The position numbers were made by a program, and so were the translations under genes. A model generated the notes under the pieces. It had not been told where the DNA came from. It saw nothing but the letters and a program-made list of their open reading frames with translations, and ran no database searches. Below are positions 39,871 through 54,940 of a stretch of DNA of 64,000 nt, piece by piece; the first letter of the stretch is position 1, and each line of letters begins with the position of its first letter. Source of the stretch: Octopus bimaculoides (Eukaryota); NCBI RefSeq assembly GCF_001194135.2, contig NC_068981.1, positions 19,083,150 through 19,147,149 of the forward strand, in the 5' to 3' direction.

Positions 39871-39899
<29 letters not shown>

Positions 39900-39902
<3 letters not shown>

Positions 39903-40510
39903 GGTGGTTGTCTACTCCTTACACAGAGTTTGACCACCTCCTGCACCTACACCTTAGCCCTTTCATGGCGTCTGATGTGGCTTTTTAAACCAGACAGTGT
40001 TTTGAAAAAACACCCACACAGATTGCATCTCCGATTTGCACTACCAATATCCCGTAGTCTGGCTGACCGTTGGGGCAACACTGATGACTATGCAACCAGA
40101 TTTCTTCTCCCGTCGCTGTCTTCTACCTCTCGCACTGCGTCCCTCATCTTTAAGCCTGTCAACTCACATGTTTTTTTTCCCCCACCTCTTTCTCTGTCTG
40201 CCCCTGTGTCTGCCACCTTTGATTATTCCCTGAAAGATTGTTTCGGCCATCCCCGATGCGTTTCTTTGCTGTTGTAAGAAGTTCCTCATGGGGCCCTATT
40301 GCTTGCCTTATTCTTCTTTTCACTCCCTCAGTTGTGACATGTTTTCTGTATGATATTCCCAAAAGTCTCCTGAAACATTTCATTTCTGTAGCCTGGCTTC
40401 TTCTTTCGATTTCTGCTCTCAGTGTCCCTGTCTCACAAGTGTACAGGAATAGTGATCTCATTAACCTAATTTTGGAGCTCAATGAGATATTTCTGAAATG
40501 CATATTTCAA
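39900..40510 (-). mobile_element. RTE (BovB-like) LINE 3' fragment
   Basis: ORF 40159-40503: LYTCETGTLRAEIERRSQATEMKCFRRLLGISYRKHVTTEGVKRRI..HEELLTTAKKR. Confidence 0.85.
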
Positions 40511-40819
40511 TATCAATAATATATATAATGTATGCGTGTGTGTGTGTGTGTGTGCTTGCTAGCTAGTTTACATTTTATAGCCATTTTGTTATATATATTC
40601 ACTTATTTTAAAGCTGGTGCACCTGCATATCCGCAGTCAAATGACTAAAACACGTAAACGAAAATATATATACACACATACATGTATGCACTTTTATGTG
40701 TGAATATACATATGCATACAAATACATAATACATAGATATGCACAATTATATGTCTGTGCGCGCGCACTCGTGTGTGTTTATGTATACTGATATTTTATT
40801 TCGGTAGACCATTAATATA

Positions 40820-41203
40820 GAGGCGCAATGGCTCAGTGGTTAAGGCAGTGGACTCACGGTCATAGGATCGCGGTTTCGATTCCCAGACCGTGCGTTGTGA
40901 GTGTTTATTGAGCGAAAAAACCTAAAGTTCCACGAGGCTGCAGCAGTGGGTAGTGGCGAACTCTGCTGTACTCTTTCACCGCAACTTTCTCTCATTCTTT
41001 CTTCCTGTTTCTGTTGTACCTGTTATTCCAAGGGGCCAGCCTTGTCACACTCTTTGTCACGCCGAATCTCCGCGAGAACTACGTTAAGGGTACACGTGTC
41101 TGTGGAGTGCTCTGCCACTTGCACGTTGATTTCACGAGCAGCCTATTCCGTTGATCGGATCAACTGGAACCCTCGTCGTCGTCGTAACTGACGGAGTGCC
41201 ACC
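40820..41203 (+). mobile_element. SINE family C with target-site duplication
   Basis: Full unit, with agaccattaa repeated at both flanks. Confidence 0.92.
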
Positions 41204-41465
41204 AGACCATTAAGAGAACAGTGAAGCAAAGAGACTCGCCTGCATCGTGCTGGTGTAGTACAGAGAGCAAGTTTAGTCCTGAAAGAGAACATCAGTAGCG
41301 TCGTTTGTTAATCTTTCACTCTTGACTCTTTCCCTTCTTTCAATAGTTTTCTCCTGTTCCTTTGTATTACTGTGTCAGGAGAACTTCTCGTGCGATTTGA
41401 GAAAGATGTGCGAGCTTTGATGTTGGTTTGGTGTTGTATCAGTCGTGTTTGTGTGCGTGTGTGTA

Positions 41466-41521
<56 letters not shown>

Positions 41522-41685
41522 TATACGTACATATACATGTATGGATATACTTACATATATGTATAAACCTTTATAGATACATAGATAGATAGATGGATTG
41601 ATATATATAGCGATATATAGATATATATACATATACATACATATATATGTATATACATATACATTTATGCATAAACATTTATACA

Positions 41686-41722
<37 letters not shown>

Positions 41723-41732
41723 NNNNNNNNNN

Positions 41733-41781
<49 letters not shown>

Positions 41782-42277
41782 ACAAATATATAGATGTAGA
41801 TATAAATATACATACTTATATACACACAAATGTCTACAAGCTTACATGCACATACATACAGGTTGTTAAATTAATTTAAATCATATTTTTTGTGATATTA
41901 AATATTGTTTTAGACATCTTTATATTAAAAGAAACTGTTTTCGCAAACTAATTGTTTATGTTTTTCATTTATTTACAACAAATTTTACTTTGCAGCAAAA
42001 TAAAACATTTTATAGAATTTCTACTAAAAGAACACATCTTTATTGTTTACAGTAACCATTTTCTACTTCTCTCAAATAATTTATATTACTGACGAATATA
42101 GCCTTTCTCAATTTTTAAATTGAGGAACTTGTTTTGCATATAATTTTCAATCATTAGAATAATCATGCCATCACATATTGATTCATCTTCTCTGTACACA
42201 CGCGCGTGTGCGCAATCTTTTGACCTGCCCTCTTCTTATATGTTTTCTCATTAGCCTCTACCCTCCTCCTTAATTAG

Positions 42278-42475
42278 ACATTGGTTTCAAATTTTGGTAC
42301 AAGGCTAACAATTTCGAGATAAGGGGTAAGTCGATTACATCGATCTCAGTGCACAACTTCTTCTTCATAGACCCCCGACAGGATAAAAAACAAATTTGAG
42401 CTCGGCGGAATTTGAACTTAGAACGTAAAGACGGACGAAATGCCGCTAACGATTCTACCAGCTCGCCGCCTTCCA
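42278..42475 (-). mobile_element. SINE family B1
   Basis: Reverse-complement homology to the B core and head (ctcggcggaatttgaact..ccagctcgccgcctt). Confidence 0.85.
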
Positions 42476-44566
42476 TTAGCTATATATTAAACTCAGTTAT
42501 ACTAAGGTCTTTGTTTTTGGTCAGTTTTATCCTGTTACGATATTTGTACCACATCAATTAGAAATGTCTAGGAAATACGGCGTCCTGTTATTGATGTTTC
42601 TCTTAGTCGTCAAAAGGCTATGTTCTGTTCGAGCAGCATCAAAAATATTTAACTATGTTAGGTAAAGAAGGAGGAAGTAGTGGGGAAAGCACACCGTTCT
42701 CTCGTAGAAGCATTCGTATTTTAGTTTAGAAGGCCATCAATAAACTCAAGTGTGAGGAAAAATAGAGGCAAAGTGAAGACACTTGCCCAAGGTACTGCGT
42801 AGTGGAACTGAACTCTCTAATTATGTGGCTGAAAAACGAACTGCTGAAAAACACACACATGCCTGCACGTACAATAAATTCTAGCTGTCACCGACACGTC
42901 TGTTTTGCTGGTTAGGGGCTACACCGTTCAATGTATATCTCTTCACTTAATCTGATAGGGTTAAATAAAGTAGCACGGTGGAGTACATTGACATTTTGAA
43001 AGGAACACCAATAGCATTCTGTAACAAACCTTCAATAATCTTGTTCCTTCTTCTCTAAATGGTTGTTGTTCTATTCATTTATAGGACTGCCCCGGTGGAA
43101 CTTCTCCTGCGGGGTGAACGAGTTGTGTAAGCCTGACTGGAGTTCGATTTGTTACTAATTCAGTTGCAAGATGAGTTTGCTTTATATTGCTAGCTTTTTT
43201 CTAATATTATTTATTTTTCCTTTCGTGTCTCAGCTGCACAATAGCTTTACTGTGCTTCAGAGAGTTACCACAGCCTCCTGTTTCTTTGCTCTGGAGTCTG
43301 TGCTGTCAGTTGATTATTCTGTACTTGCGCGAGCTATTTCCGTTTGGTGTCTTTTGGCTTTAGAGTATCAACAATAAGACAATTCTTTTATGCTCGGGAG
43401 AGCCTGGCCAACATGTCCCTCTCTGATTCAATCCCCTTTTGTTTAAATTCGATTGCAGATATTTGTTTCACTCTTTTGAGTCTATCATTCTTTCACTCAA
43501 TTGCCTTTTATTCTCTGTGTTGTGCTTTTACTGCCAAGATTTTAGACGCGGTTGCATACATTTCTGCTCAGCGTGTTTAAGAACAGAGATGAATCACTAA
43601 CAATACCCGTATTAACTGCTTAACATGGAGTACAACGTTGTAAATCTCAACCCGTGATCCTAAATGGCAGCACACGTATGTTTTGTGTATTAACAATTTT
43701 CAAACAAATTTCAATTGCATTTTCCTCATAAATACAAAATAAACGTAAAATTTCCATTCAACAAACATTATCATGTGGATATAATAAATGTAATCTGTAA
43801 AAAAAGAATTAATTTTGTCATTTCTTATTAAAATGATATAAAATTATATTTTATGTCATTTTATATTATATTTTGTGCTCTTTTTTAATATCCAAAATTA
43901 ACTGCGTAACAAAAGAAAACATTGTTTGTAAATATGAAATAAAGATATATGACGGAGGAGATTTGAAATGGAAATATTAATTAATGCCAAAAATATTGAA
44001 AAATTACATTTTTGTTAAATTGGATAATCATACAGGATGTGAATTTATGTGATTGAAAAGCTGATATTAAAACAGTTTGTTGGTTTTTTATTTATGAGAT
44101 TGCCTGCAGAAATCTTAGAGTTAATAGATCAGTCTGGTCATAAACACAACTATAATGGACCCGACTTTAATTGCTTTGTTTGCAAATGCAGCACAAATTA
44201 GCTTGCACATTAGAAACGTTGGGAAAATAAACGAAGCCAAAAGGTTCAACAGACCTTAGTGGCTGATAAGTTTAGTGCTTGGGTACAATAAAAATGTCTG
44301 AAGTTTCAGGCAAAGATGCATTGACAGAATAGAAAGAAATACGACGGCCGTTCGAAGTGAAAAGAAACAAAAAGGTGTATAGGTTAGAAGATGAAAATAG
44401 GAAGACGGTCAGAAGGTGAGCACATTGATTAAAAGCTGCAGAAAGGCAGGTGTGAGTTTTTGGAGGGGTGGCTGAGGAAGAAAAGGGGCAGTTGGTGTCA
44501 GAAGCACCGCGAAATATATTTAGAGACAGAAAGGCAATAGAAATTTTAGAAATAGCAGCAGTGTAG

Positions 44567-45777
44567 TATGAGTTAAGTGATCACTTCCGAATTAGTTTTG
44601 ATTAAAAACATACACACATGGAAATACAAACGTGTCTCCATGCATAAACATGTATACAGCTAGTGATTTTACCTTCTACTTATTCTTAGTGCAAGTTTTG
44701 AAGAGTGCAGTTCGATTTTAACAGTTCTTTTTTTACTTTTTCAAAGCTATAATGGAGGTGACAAAGAAACGTATTTGGCATATTTTATTTTATGAGTTCA
44801 ATAAAGGCAACAACGCAGCGGAAAGTGCGAGGAATATTATTGCAATATAAGGGGATCGAACAATAAGCGTAAATCAGCGTCAACGGTGGTTCCAGAAATT
44901 CCGAGCCGGAAGTTACAGCCTAGAAGACAAGCCTCGTCCCGGAAAATCTGTAAAGCTCGACGAGGACGTCCTACAAACCCTGGTGGAACAATATCCCATC
45001 GTAACTGTTGAGGAACTAGTAGAGAAGCTTGGATTTGATAATTCGACCATTCATCGACACCTGCGTGCCATCGGAAAAGTCAGCAAATTGGGCCAAAGGA
45101 TTCCTCACAAGTTTTTCTAGTCTAATCGCGCGCAGAGAGTGAATGTAAGCTCTTCTTTGCTGTCACATCTCACGAGTGAACCTTTTTTGGACTGAATAGT
45201 GACTGGTGATGAGAAATGGGTTCGCTATACAAATGTCAAGCGCCGAAGACAGTGAATAAGGAAAGGAGAAACACTGGCACCCTAGGATAAAGAAGGTCTT
45301 CACCCACGTAAGGTATTGCTATCTGATTGGTGGGATACGAAAGGTTAAGTCCACTATCAACTTTTAAACCCAAACCAAACGATAACAAAGGAGATCTACT
45401 GTGAGCAGCTTGCGCGACTTAAGTCAGCTCTAGAAGAAAAACGACCGTCTTTGGTTTCAAGACAAAAGGTGTTCTCCCATCAGGATAATGCTCGGCCACT
45501 ACATGCAGCGAGGATGACATTCCAAAGGCTGGAGTAGTTTGAATGGGAAACGATGCCCCACCCACCATATTCGCCGCACATTGCCTCATCTGTTTATCAT
45601 TTATTCCGCAGTCTTCAAAATCATTTGTACGGAAAAAATAAGAATTCTGTAGACGAGGTCAGAACAGAACCGGAGGAGTATTTTTCGTTACGGACAAATG
45701 AATTTTTGAAGAGGGGCCTCACAAGCCTACCAGATGGATGAAAAAGCATTGTAGAAAATGAAGGACAGTATATTTTA
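44567..45777 (+). mobile_element. Decayed mariner transposon, truncated by a gap
   Basis: ATG at 44752: MEVTKKRIWHILFYEFNKGNNAAESARNI..RWFQKFRAG..VTGDEKW..QDNARP..PHPPYSP, with multiple stops. Confidence 0.92.
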
Positions 45778-45955
45778 NNNNNNNNNNNNNNNNNNNNNNN
45801 NNNNNNNNNNNNNNNNNNNNNNNNNNNNNNNNNNNNNNNNNTATATATATGGCGGTCAGATGTTGCGATAGAGGGATGTGCTAAAGAGAGTTATGAAGAA
45901 CACCAGCACCCTCACAGATATCTGGAAGGAGGAGGCCCTGTTTACTTACACACAG

Positions 45956-46004
<49 letters not shown>

Positions 46005-46703
46005 TGTATGTATGTATGTGTGTGTGTATGCATGCACATAGACAATGATGTATACATTCAACTATATACATATTTACCAGGGACATGCCCTCTAGGTCGG
46101 CGAGATAAGCAGAGCTTAGCCAGACAGAAGCTATACATATTAATTATCAAAAATAAACAGAAAATGATTTCCAAGTCGTTATAAAAATGCTAATGTAATG
46201 TCTGGCATTCAGTTAATGGCTATTATTCCTATGTTAGACAGACAAAACTATTTGCTGCCATTAACTCTCACTTTCTACGCTAACACGTAACCCGACTAGT
46301 CCCACGCGTCACGTGTTCATCGCCACATTACCGAAAATATGAAAATATTGAAATGATTTTAATAAATTTCATTACAATGTGTTTGTGTTTAGCTCAATCA
46401 TTAGAAGTGTGCATCTGCCGCTCATGTTTGTGCTCCAAGAGATATTTCATTGTATGTTATGTATAAATTGTTGATGTTGTTTGCGTTGCTGCTGATGTTG
46501 CTGTTTGTGTTGTTGTTGTTGCTATTGCTGCTGCAGCTGCTGTTGTTGTTGCTGTTGTGGTATCCCAAATCAACTCTGATCGAACCAAAATCAATTTATA
46601 TTAGTATGAATATAGAGTGCCTGTGTGCACGCGATTGTGCGTTTGTGTTTGTGTCTGTCTATATACGCAAATGCATCTGTGTCAAAATTTAAGATATGTA
46701 ACT

Positions 46704-47110
46704 TTTATCTTCTACTTGTTTCACTCATTAGACTACGGCCATGCTGGGGCACCACCTCGAAGAATTTTTAGTCGAACGTATCGATCCCCAGTTCATTTTT
46801 AAAGCCTGGTACTTATTCTATAAAGGCTTTTGGCCGAACAGCTAAGTTACGGGGACATAGACAAATCAGCACCGTTTGTCAAACGGTGGTGGGGGTACAA
46901 ACACAGACACAAAGACACACATATAGATGTATATATACACATACATTTATACGGCGGGTTTCTTTTAGTTTCCGTTTACCAAATCCACTCACAAAGCTTT
47001 GGTCGGCCCGAGGCTATAGTAGTAGACACTCACCCAAGGTGCCACGCAGTGGGACTGAACCTGGAACCGTGTAGGCGGGTAGCAACCATCTTACCACTCA
47101 GCCACGCATA
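46704..47110 (-). mobile_element. SINE family A, full length
   Basis: Reverse-complement homology to 837-1255. Confidence 0.9.
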
Positions 47111-47171
47111 TGTTTAATATACTAATGTTTATGTTTGTTTTCATGCATATTTAAAAAAAAAATTTTTTTAA

Positions 47172-47228
<57 letters not shown>

Positions 47229-47287
47229 GTCTGTCTGTCTGACTGTCAGCTTGTCTGTCTATGTATGTATAACTGTTTAACTGTTTA

Positions 47288-47675
47288 ACTTGTTTCAATC
47301 ATTTGACTGTGGCCATGCTGGAGCACCGCCTTTAGTTGAGCAAATCGACCCCAGGACTTATTCTTTGTAAGCCTAGTACTTATTCTATCGGTATCTTTTG
47401 CCGAACCGCTAAGTTACGGGGACGTAAACACACTAGCATCGGTTGTCAAGCGATGTTGGGGGGACAAACACAGACACACAAACACACATATACATATACA
47501 TACACATATATAAAACGGGCTTCTTTCAGTTTCCGTCTACCAAACCCACTCACAAGGCTTTGGTCGACCCGAAACTATAGAAGAAGACACTTGTCCAAGA
47601 TGCCACGCAGTGGGACTGAACCCGGAAACATGTGGTTGGTAAGCAAGCTACTTACCACACAGCCACTCCTGCGCC
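47288..47675 (-). mobile_element. SINE family A, full length, young-looking
   Basis: Very close to the family consensus, with the head ending gccactcctgcgcct. Confidence 0.93.
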
Positions 47676-49283
47676 TATGTATGTATGTATGTATGTATGT
47701 ATGTATACACATGCATACATACATTCATACATACATACATACATACATACATACATACATACATACATACATACATTTTGTAAAACCATAAATACATTCT
47801 GTAAAACCATAAGTACTTCAGCCTCAAAAACTAAGTAAACTCCTAAAGAAACTCCACAATGTAGTTTGAGTCCTTTCATCACCCCTATTGCGTCCATTCT
47901 TCTAGTACCCTTTCCTGACCGATACATCCAGTCCCTTTCCTTCAGACTATCGAATCAAGAGAACACCATTCTTTTAATCATTAAGGGACCAACAGGAAAA
48001 TCAACTGAATTAATCTTGCCAGTCTTAGAGGATGTGCGAGGGCTATGAGCATCGCTCTTCCTTACAACGAAAACCCCAATAACAGGGACAAAACGTTTTC
48101 TCATTAACTAATGATTTCACAGACTGAATTTCAGTTCTTACCCGGTTCTCNNNNNNNNNNNNNNNNNNNNNNNNNNNNNNNNNNNNNNNNNNNNNNNNNN
48201 NNNNNNNNNNNNNNNNNNNNNNNNNNNNNNNNNNNNNNNNNNNNNNNNNNNNNNNNNNNNNNNNNNNNNNNNNNNNNNNNNNGAGCATCGCTCTTCCTTA
48301 CAACGAAAACCCCAATAACAGGGACAAAACGTTTTCTCATTAACTAATGATTTCACAGACTGAATTTCAGTTCTTACCCGGTTCTCATTAAATAAAAATG
48401 TCTCATTTTATACACTGCGTAAATTATTATATAATTATCTATTATATTATCATATTATATAGTTATATTATCAATGAATAATATTTATCAGGTAATTTTC
48501 AGTGTTCAGCTATCGGCTACGTTTTCTAATATACAAGAAATCTGAGAGTAAGAATTACAAGAAATACGAGGCAATTTCCACATTATATAATATATAATAT
48601 AGCTAGATGTGTTACAAACACGCTTCATTCCCAGAAGTATATCAGGTTCCAAATAACTAAACTAATTAAACGAATAAAAATAAAAATTAACTTCAAAGTA
48701 AATCTATTAAGTCACCTTCAATATCTCTCAAGAGTTAAAGACAAGACCAAATTAATAAAGGTAACAGAGTATGCCGCTTTAAATGCAGCCTATCAAGACT
48801 TGAACACTAGATGAGAAAGAAATTACGTGGTGAATACTATTTTGTCTATGACATCAATTCTAGATAACAAAAGCAAAAACGGAATAAAAGAAAATGAAGT
48901 ATGTATGTGGGCGTATGTACAAATATATACTTGTGCGCGCCCACACTCATATATACAATGCAATTCATATTTGTGTGGAGCCATGATTTATCTCTGCTCG
49001 TGTAGATATATAAGTGTGTATGTGTGTGTATGTGGATGCGTGTGTGTGTGTATGCGCGCGATTGCGCGTGTGTATGTGTGCACATTTTCTTGTGTGTGTT
49101 TGTGTATGTATACACACACACACACATAAACACACGGACGCACACATATGTATAAACATATACACACACCTTTCTGGTGATTCTCTGAAACGAGAAGAAA
49201 GAAAGTGTTAAATAAACAATTATCCAAAATTTTAACTACCTCCTTTTTCTTAATATATTTAATCTCTACACCAGTTCAAACAG

Positions 49284-49315
<32 letters not shown>

Positions 49316-49564
49316 TGTATGTATGTATGTATGTATGTATAAGGCGGTGCTCCAGCATGACCGCAGTCAAATTACTGAAACAAGTAAAAGAATGCAAAAA
49401 TAAAAGAATGTATGCATGCCATTGTTCAGTTTTATTTCAAGATTTCTTGCCAATAGAGAAAGAGCCGGTTTCTAACCTAGACCCAAGGTTCCTTCATTGG
49501 AATTTCAACAACAAGGTATTTTTGTTTGTATGTATGTATGTATGTAAGTATGTATGTATGTATG

Positions 49565-49597
<33 letters not shown>

Positions 49598-50857
49598 GTG
49601 CGTGTGTGTATGTGTGCATGTAGGTAAATGTGACGATTTGTATGTATGTATGTATGTATGTAAATATGAAGATTTATATGCATATATGTATGTGTGTGTG
49701 TGTGTGTGCGTGCGTATCTGTGCGTGAGCGCGCACCCAACTGAACCTCTTCATCCAATTTCCTCCTGAGAAACATCACCCACCACCCGTCACTTCTTACT
49801 GCAGTATTCTCTTGCTCTTGTTAAATGTGAGCAGAACTACATATTTCACCAACCATTCCCTGATACCAGTTTTATTTTTTCTCTCGCTGGTACCATTTCA
49901 CTTCATTCTTTATATTGGTCACCCTCCTATGCCACCAGCTTATCTCTCCTTCTCCACCATCAAATCTCTCTGTCCCTCCCCATTCACTACACCTGTTCCA
50001 TACTCATACAACATACCCAACCACAAATCATCTTTACTTCTCTCTTTCACTCTCTCTCTCTCTCTCTCACTTTTTCTCTCTTTCTCTCTCTCTTTCTTTT
50101 CCCAGTCTATTTATTACTATCCTGCTAGTCTTCGCCCTCTCTGCAATGTTCATCTCTCTCTCTCTCACCCGCACATGACTCATATGCAGCATTATCCCGC
50201 GTTCTCTATATCCATCCCTCAACTTATTCCACTTTCTACAGTTCTCACCTACTCTTCCTTACCTTCCCTACTTATCTACCCACTGCAATACTTGTTCTTC
50301 ATTATATTCACCTCCTTAACCATTCTCCGTCTCGAACCATCTCTCAATCTCCGATACCCTCTTACAACTTATATACAACCATACGTTCTGTTTTCCTGTC
50401 TCCACTTACTTCTCAATCCTATCTTGAATGTCTACCCTGACACCTAATCGTCATTATTCTTATCTCTTTTCCGCTCCACGCTGGTCACTCCCACCCTTTT
50501 TCTGTAATATGAGGAGCCATGTATTTCCCCTATGACTCGTAACTTTTCTTACTTCCTCTCTCACACTTCAGCTCTCACCTCCTTGCATACAGCCCCCCTC
50601 TCTCTCTCTCTCTCTCTGAGTACTATAGCTGCACTCAGTCGAATGGGATATTAGTTTTTCAAGCTGCAAGGCAACCTAACTAGTGTTGGTGCCATCAAAA
50701 ATGTACAAATGTACTCAGTATACGGCGTAAAGTGGTTAGCATTAGGAAAAGTATCTAGCTGTAGAAATCACGCCGAAGAAGACATTGGACCACGATGCAG
50801 TCTTCATATCTCACCGATCCTATCAAACAGTGCAGCCTACACTGTAGTTGATATTTT

Positions 50858-51067
50858 TCGCCTCCAAGTACCTTTGCCAGCTTCACCGCATTGTTGACAG
50901 TCTCATGTTGAATATCTTCAGGTGAGAATCCCTTGTAGTCCTGGATATTCTCTGGCCACACCTTCCAGCATGCGATGAGGGTTTCCTTTTTCATGTCTTT
51001 AAGAGCAGCCTGGATGATTGACAGGCACGTTGCGATCGTGAAGTTACATACGCCAGTACTCCTTTAA
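50858..51067 (-). mobile_element. pogo/Tigger-like transposase fragment
   Basis: MKKETLIACWKVWPE..TVNNAVKLAKVLGGE; roughly 90% identical by eye to 52433-52640. Confidence 0.8.
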
Positions 51068-51307
51068 TATATTCTCCTCATTTTAACATACGCATCTCTT
51101 CTCTCCTCTCTATCCACTTAATACTACCACTACATTCTTAAATTTTCATTCACACCACAGGACGCCTTTGAATGAACAGCATATCGAATCTATGTCTCCA
51201 CCCTTTCCATTTGTAACGACAACATATGAACTCCTATTGGAGTTTACATACCACTTCTACGAACTACTTTCCTTGGATAATGGAACTGCAACTATAACGT
51301 CATTCTC

Positions 51308-51534
51308 TCTTTTACTCTTTTACTTGTTTCAGTCATTTGACTGCGGCCATGCTGGAGCACCGCCTTTAGTCGAGAAAATCAACCCCAGGACTTATTCTTT
51401 GTAAGCCTAGTACTTATTCTATCGGTCTCTTCTTGGCAAACCGCTAAGGTACGGTGACGTAAACACACCAGCATCGGTTGTCAAGCGATGGTGGGGGGAC
51501 AAACAGAGACACACAAACACACACACACACACAC
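51308..51534 (-). mobile_element. SINE family A, 3' half (ends at a gap)
   Basis: tttcagtcatttgactgcggccatgctggagcaccgcc... Confidence 0.9.
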
Positions 51535-52124
51535 NNNNNNNNNNNNNNNNNNNNNNNNNNNNNNNNNNNNNNNNNNNNNNNNNNNNNNNNNNNNNNNNNN
51601 NNNNNNNNNNNNNNNNNNNNNNNNNNNNNNNNNNNNNNNNNNNNNNNNNNNNNNNNNNNNNNNNNNNNNNNNNNNNNNNNNNNNNNNNNNNNNNNNNNNN
51701 NNNNNNNNNNNNNNNNNNNNNNNNNNNNNNNNNNNNNNNNNNNNNNNNNNNNNNNNNNNNNNNNNNNNNNNNNNNNNNNNNNNNNNNNNNNNNNNNNNNN
51801 NNNNNNNNNNNNNNNNNNNNNNNNNNNNNNNNNNNNNNNNNNNNNNNNNNNNNNNNNNNNNNNNNNNNNNNNNNNNNNNNNNNNNNNNNNNNNNNNNNNN
51901 NNNNNNNNNNNNNNNNNNNNNNNNNNNNNNNNNNNNNNNNNNNNNNNNNNNNNNNNNNNNNNNNNNNNNNNNNNNNNNNNNNNNNNNNNNNNNNNNNNNN
52001 NNNNNNNNNNNNNNNNNNNNNNNNNNNNNNNNNNNNNNNNNNNNNNNNNNNNNNNNNNNNNNNNNNNNNNNNNNNNNNNNNNNNNNNNNNNNNNNNNNNN
52101 NNNNNNNNNNNNNNNNNNNNTGTT

Positions 52125-52830
52125 TCTTCATGGTGATGAGCACAGTTTTATATGTCTGCATGGCAGCATCGATGGCATTTTTAAATTGGTGAGACCGCAC
52201 CATATAGGGATCCCATGCTTCTGCATTCCCTTGCAATTCCTTTGCTGTCCTTAAAAGGTCGGAGAAATGTCTCGATTGTCAGGCCCACCTCATCCACTTC
52301 TTCCTCTGGATCTGGCGCTTCCTCCTCCTCTTCGCTGGCAGACTTAGTTAACTCCAACAAATCTTCGTCTGTCAGGGTTTCAGAGTGGGCATCGATGAGG
52401 TTGTTGATCTCATCTTGCGTGATGTCGTCAAAACCTTCGCCTCCAAGTACCTTTGCCAGTTTCACTGCATTGCTGACAGTCTCGTGCTGAATATCTTCAA
52501 GTGAGAAGCCCTTGTAGTCCTAGATACTATCTGGCCACACCTTCCAACATGCGATGAGGGTTTCCTTTTTCATGTCTTTAAGAGCAGCCTGGATGACTGA
52601 CAGGCACGTTACGATCGTGAAGTTGCGCCAGTACTCCTTTAACTTGAAAATCACTTCCCAATCTATTGCGTCCACAATGTGTTCCGAATGTAAAGTGCCT
52701 TGAAAGCACGGATCACGCCTTGATCCATAGGCTGGATGAAGGAGTTAGCAGGGAGCACCAGTGGACAGGCAGCGGGTTTTTATTCTTATTCTTGAAGGCC
52801 CTCGGGTTCGCGAACTTGTAGATAAGTCCT
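52125..52830 (-). mobile_element. pogo/Tigger-like transposase fragment (DDE_1 C-terminus)
   Basis: KPGLIYKFANPRAFKNKNK, FIQPMDQGVIRAFKALY and an acidic tail GEGFDDITQDEINNLIDAHSETLTDEDLLEL. Confidence 0.85.
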
Positions 52831-54557
52831 GGTTTATTACACTGTGAGGTCGTTCAGCAAAGAATTGCAGAACCATCGAGGGAGAATACATGATGTCTGT
52901 GTGTAAAGAGAGAGAGGGAGAGAAGGAGAGAGAGAGAGAGAAAGAAAGAGAAAGAGAGATTAGCGCTAATGCACTACATTAAAGATAGTTAGTTAGCACA
53001 TATATTCTCTGTAGACAAGCTGGGAATACGTGGTAATACTATTTGTTTACTACCACAGGAATAATTGCTTTTCGACTGCTTGAAATCTCTCTCCTTTAAC
53101 CAAATCTTTGCACTACATTTGAACACTTAGCATCCTTCATTCTTACAACTTTGTTTCTGATCTCGATTCTTCAAAAATCATTAATTATTGTCTTATGTTT
53201 TGAAGTAGTCTCCCTATTTCATTTTTTTGTGATTCTTTTTAAAGCAGTTACTGCATCTCTTTTTATCCTTGTTTGAAGTGTCCTTGCATTAGTGAATCTT
53301 CTTTCTTTCAGTTTCTTTGCTTGTGTTGTGCTTGCTGAGGTGTTTCGGATTCCTTCGCATTAGATTTTCTCACTTATTTTCTTGTCTTTGTTATATTTGT
53401 GATAGAGCTTAACGTGCCCTGGCATAAGCCGTTCTTCTAATATTTTCTCGGTCTCGGTTTCGTAATCTTTGCTCCGGAGTTTGTAAGAAGCTTCGAAAGA
53501 TAATTTCCTTGTCCGCAGAAAGACTTCTCTCTTCACTGGATAGCATTGTTGCTTTCTCTTTCTTTCGCAGCTCATATTTTCTTCTTTCACTCATTTCTAT
53601 CTATCTATCTATCTTTGTCTCTCTCTATCTCTTTGTCTCTCTTTCTCTCTCTATCTGTTTATCCCTTACACAGTCACTGTTTCTATTTCATGCTTTTATT
53701 GTCTCCGTCTTCCACTACCCCTCCCTGTCTCTCTCTCATTTTCTTTGTCTTTCTCTCTCTCCCCTTCTCTCCCTCTTTCTCACTTCCTCGGCGCTTTCCT
53801 TCCCCACCACCACATCAACACCTACAACATTTAGTCAAATGAAAGATCTGAGCATACACACACACATACATACTTGCAACATGCATACATACATACTTGC
53901 ATATATGCACGCGTACATACATGCATACGTATATGTATGCATACATATATACATGCATATATAAATACGTGCATGCACACATACATGCATGCATAAATAC
54001 ATACATACATGCATACATACGTACGCCCGTTGTCCGTACGTACATGCATATATTCCGGGGTGACCAGTTCAAAGAAGTTATGTCCAGCCACTTAGTAACA
54101 TGAGCTCAAATAAATCTGAGAGTGGGTAAGCATTTAATCCATAATCGTAAGTCCGACAAAATATATGATGTTGGACTAACGATTATCAATTAAATGTTTA
54201 TATATGTAGTGTGGGGGTGTAAGTGTAGGGGGTAGGTGTGTGTGCGCATGTGTGTGTGTCTAACAAGTAAGATGTAACAAAGTTATCTGTTACACACACA
54301 CACACACACACACACTCACGTATATATGTATGCTTAGGTATATAGAAAGATAGATAGATAGATTGATAGAGAGAGAGAGAAAAAAAGAGAGAGACAGAAA
54401 CAGAGATAGACAGACAGATAGACAGTAGTCAGTCAGACAGTCAGAAAGATAGATAGAAAGAGATAGGTAGAGAGAGACAGATAGACAGAGACAGACAGAT
54501 AGACAGACAGACAGAGACAGACAGACAAAGACAGACAAACAGGCAGACAGGCAGACA

Positions 54558-54594
<37 letters not shown>

Positions 54595-54940
54595 ACAGAC
54601 AGATAGACAGACAGACAGACAGACATACAGATAGATAGATAGATAGATAGATAGATAAAATCACCCTTCTCTGAAGTGATGCTATCTCGCAACAGGTCAA
54701 ACCTGCTGAAACAGAACTACAATCAAAGACATTTTCCAGAGTGTAGGGAAGCTAAAGCCATTTATCTAATGTGTCTTTAAAAACAATATGGTGTAACACT
54801 ATCTCTACCAGGGGAAATAACAACGTACAGACTTTCTCCTTGGTTCGACACTTAGAAGATTTGTTATATTTACTTAATGGTGGCACAAAGGGTTAGTGTG
54901 TGTTTAGCAAGAAATTTCTTTCCGAAAATAGTTGCATATA

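Noticed and set aside
46450-46692. Hydrophobic poly-Leu ORF resembling a signal peptide
   Set aside because: It derives from a degenerate (GTT/GCT)n trinucleotide repeat.
49812-50447. 211-aa Leu/Ser/Pro-rich ORF
   Set aside because: Low-complexity C/T-rich DNA lacks stops by composition. No start context or domain was recognised.
53040-53590. Lys/Arg-rich minus-strand frames, possibly a PLE or LINE N-terminal region
   Set aside because: Only a vague resemblance was seen and no diagnostic motif, so it is left unannotated.
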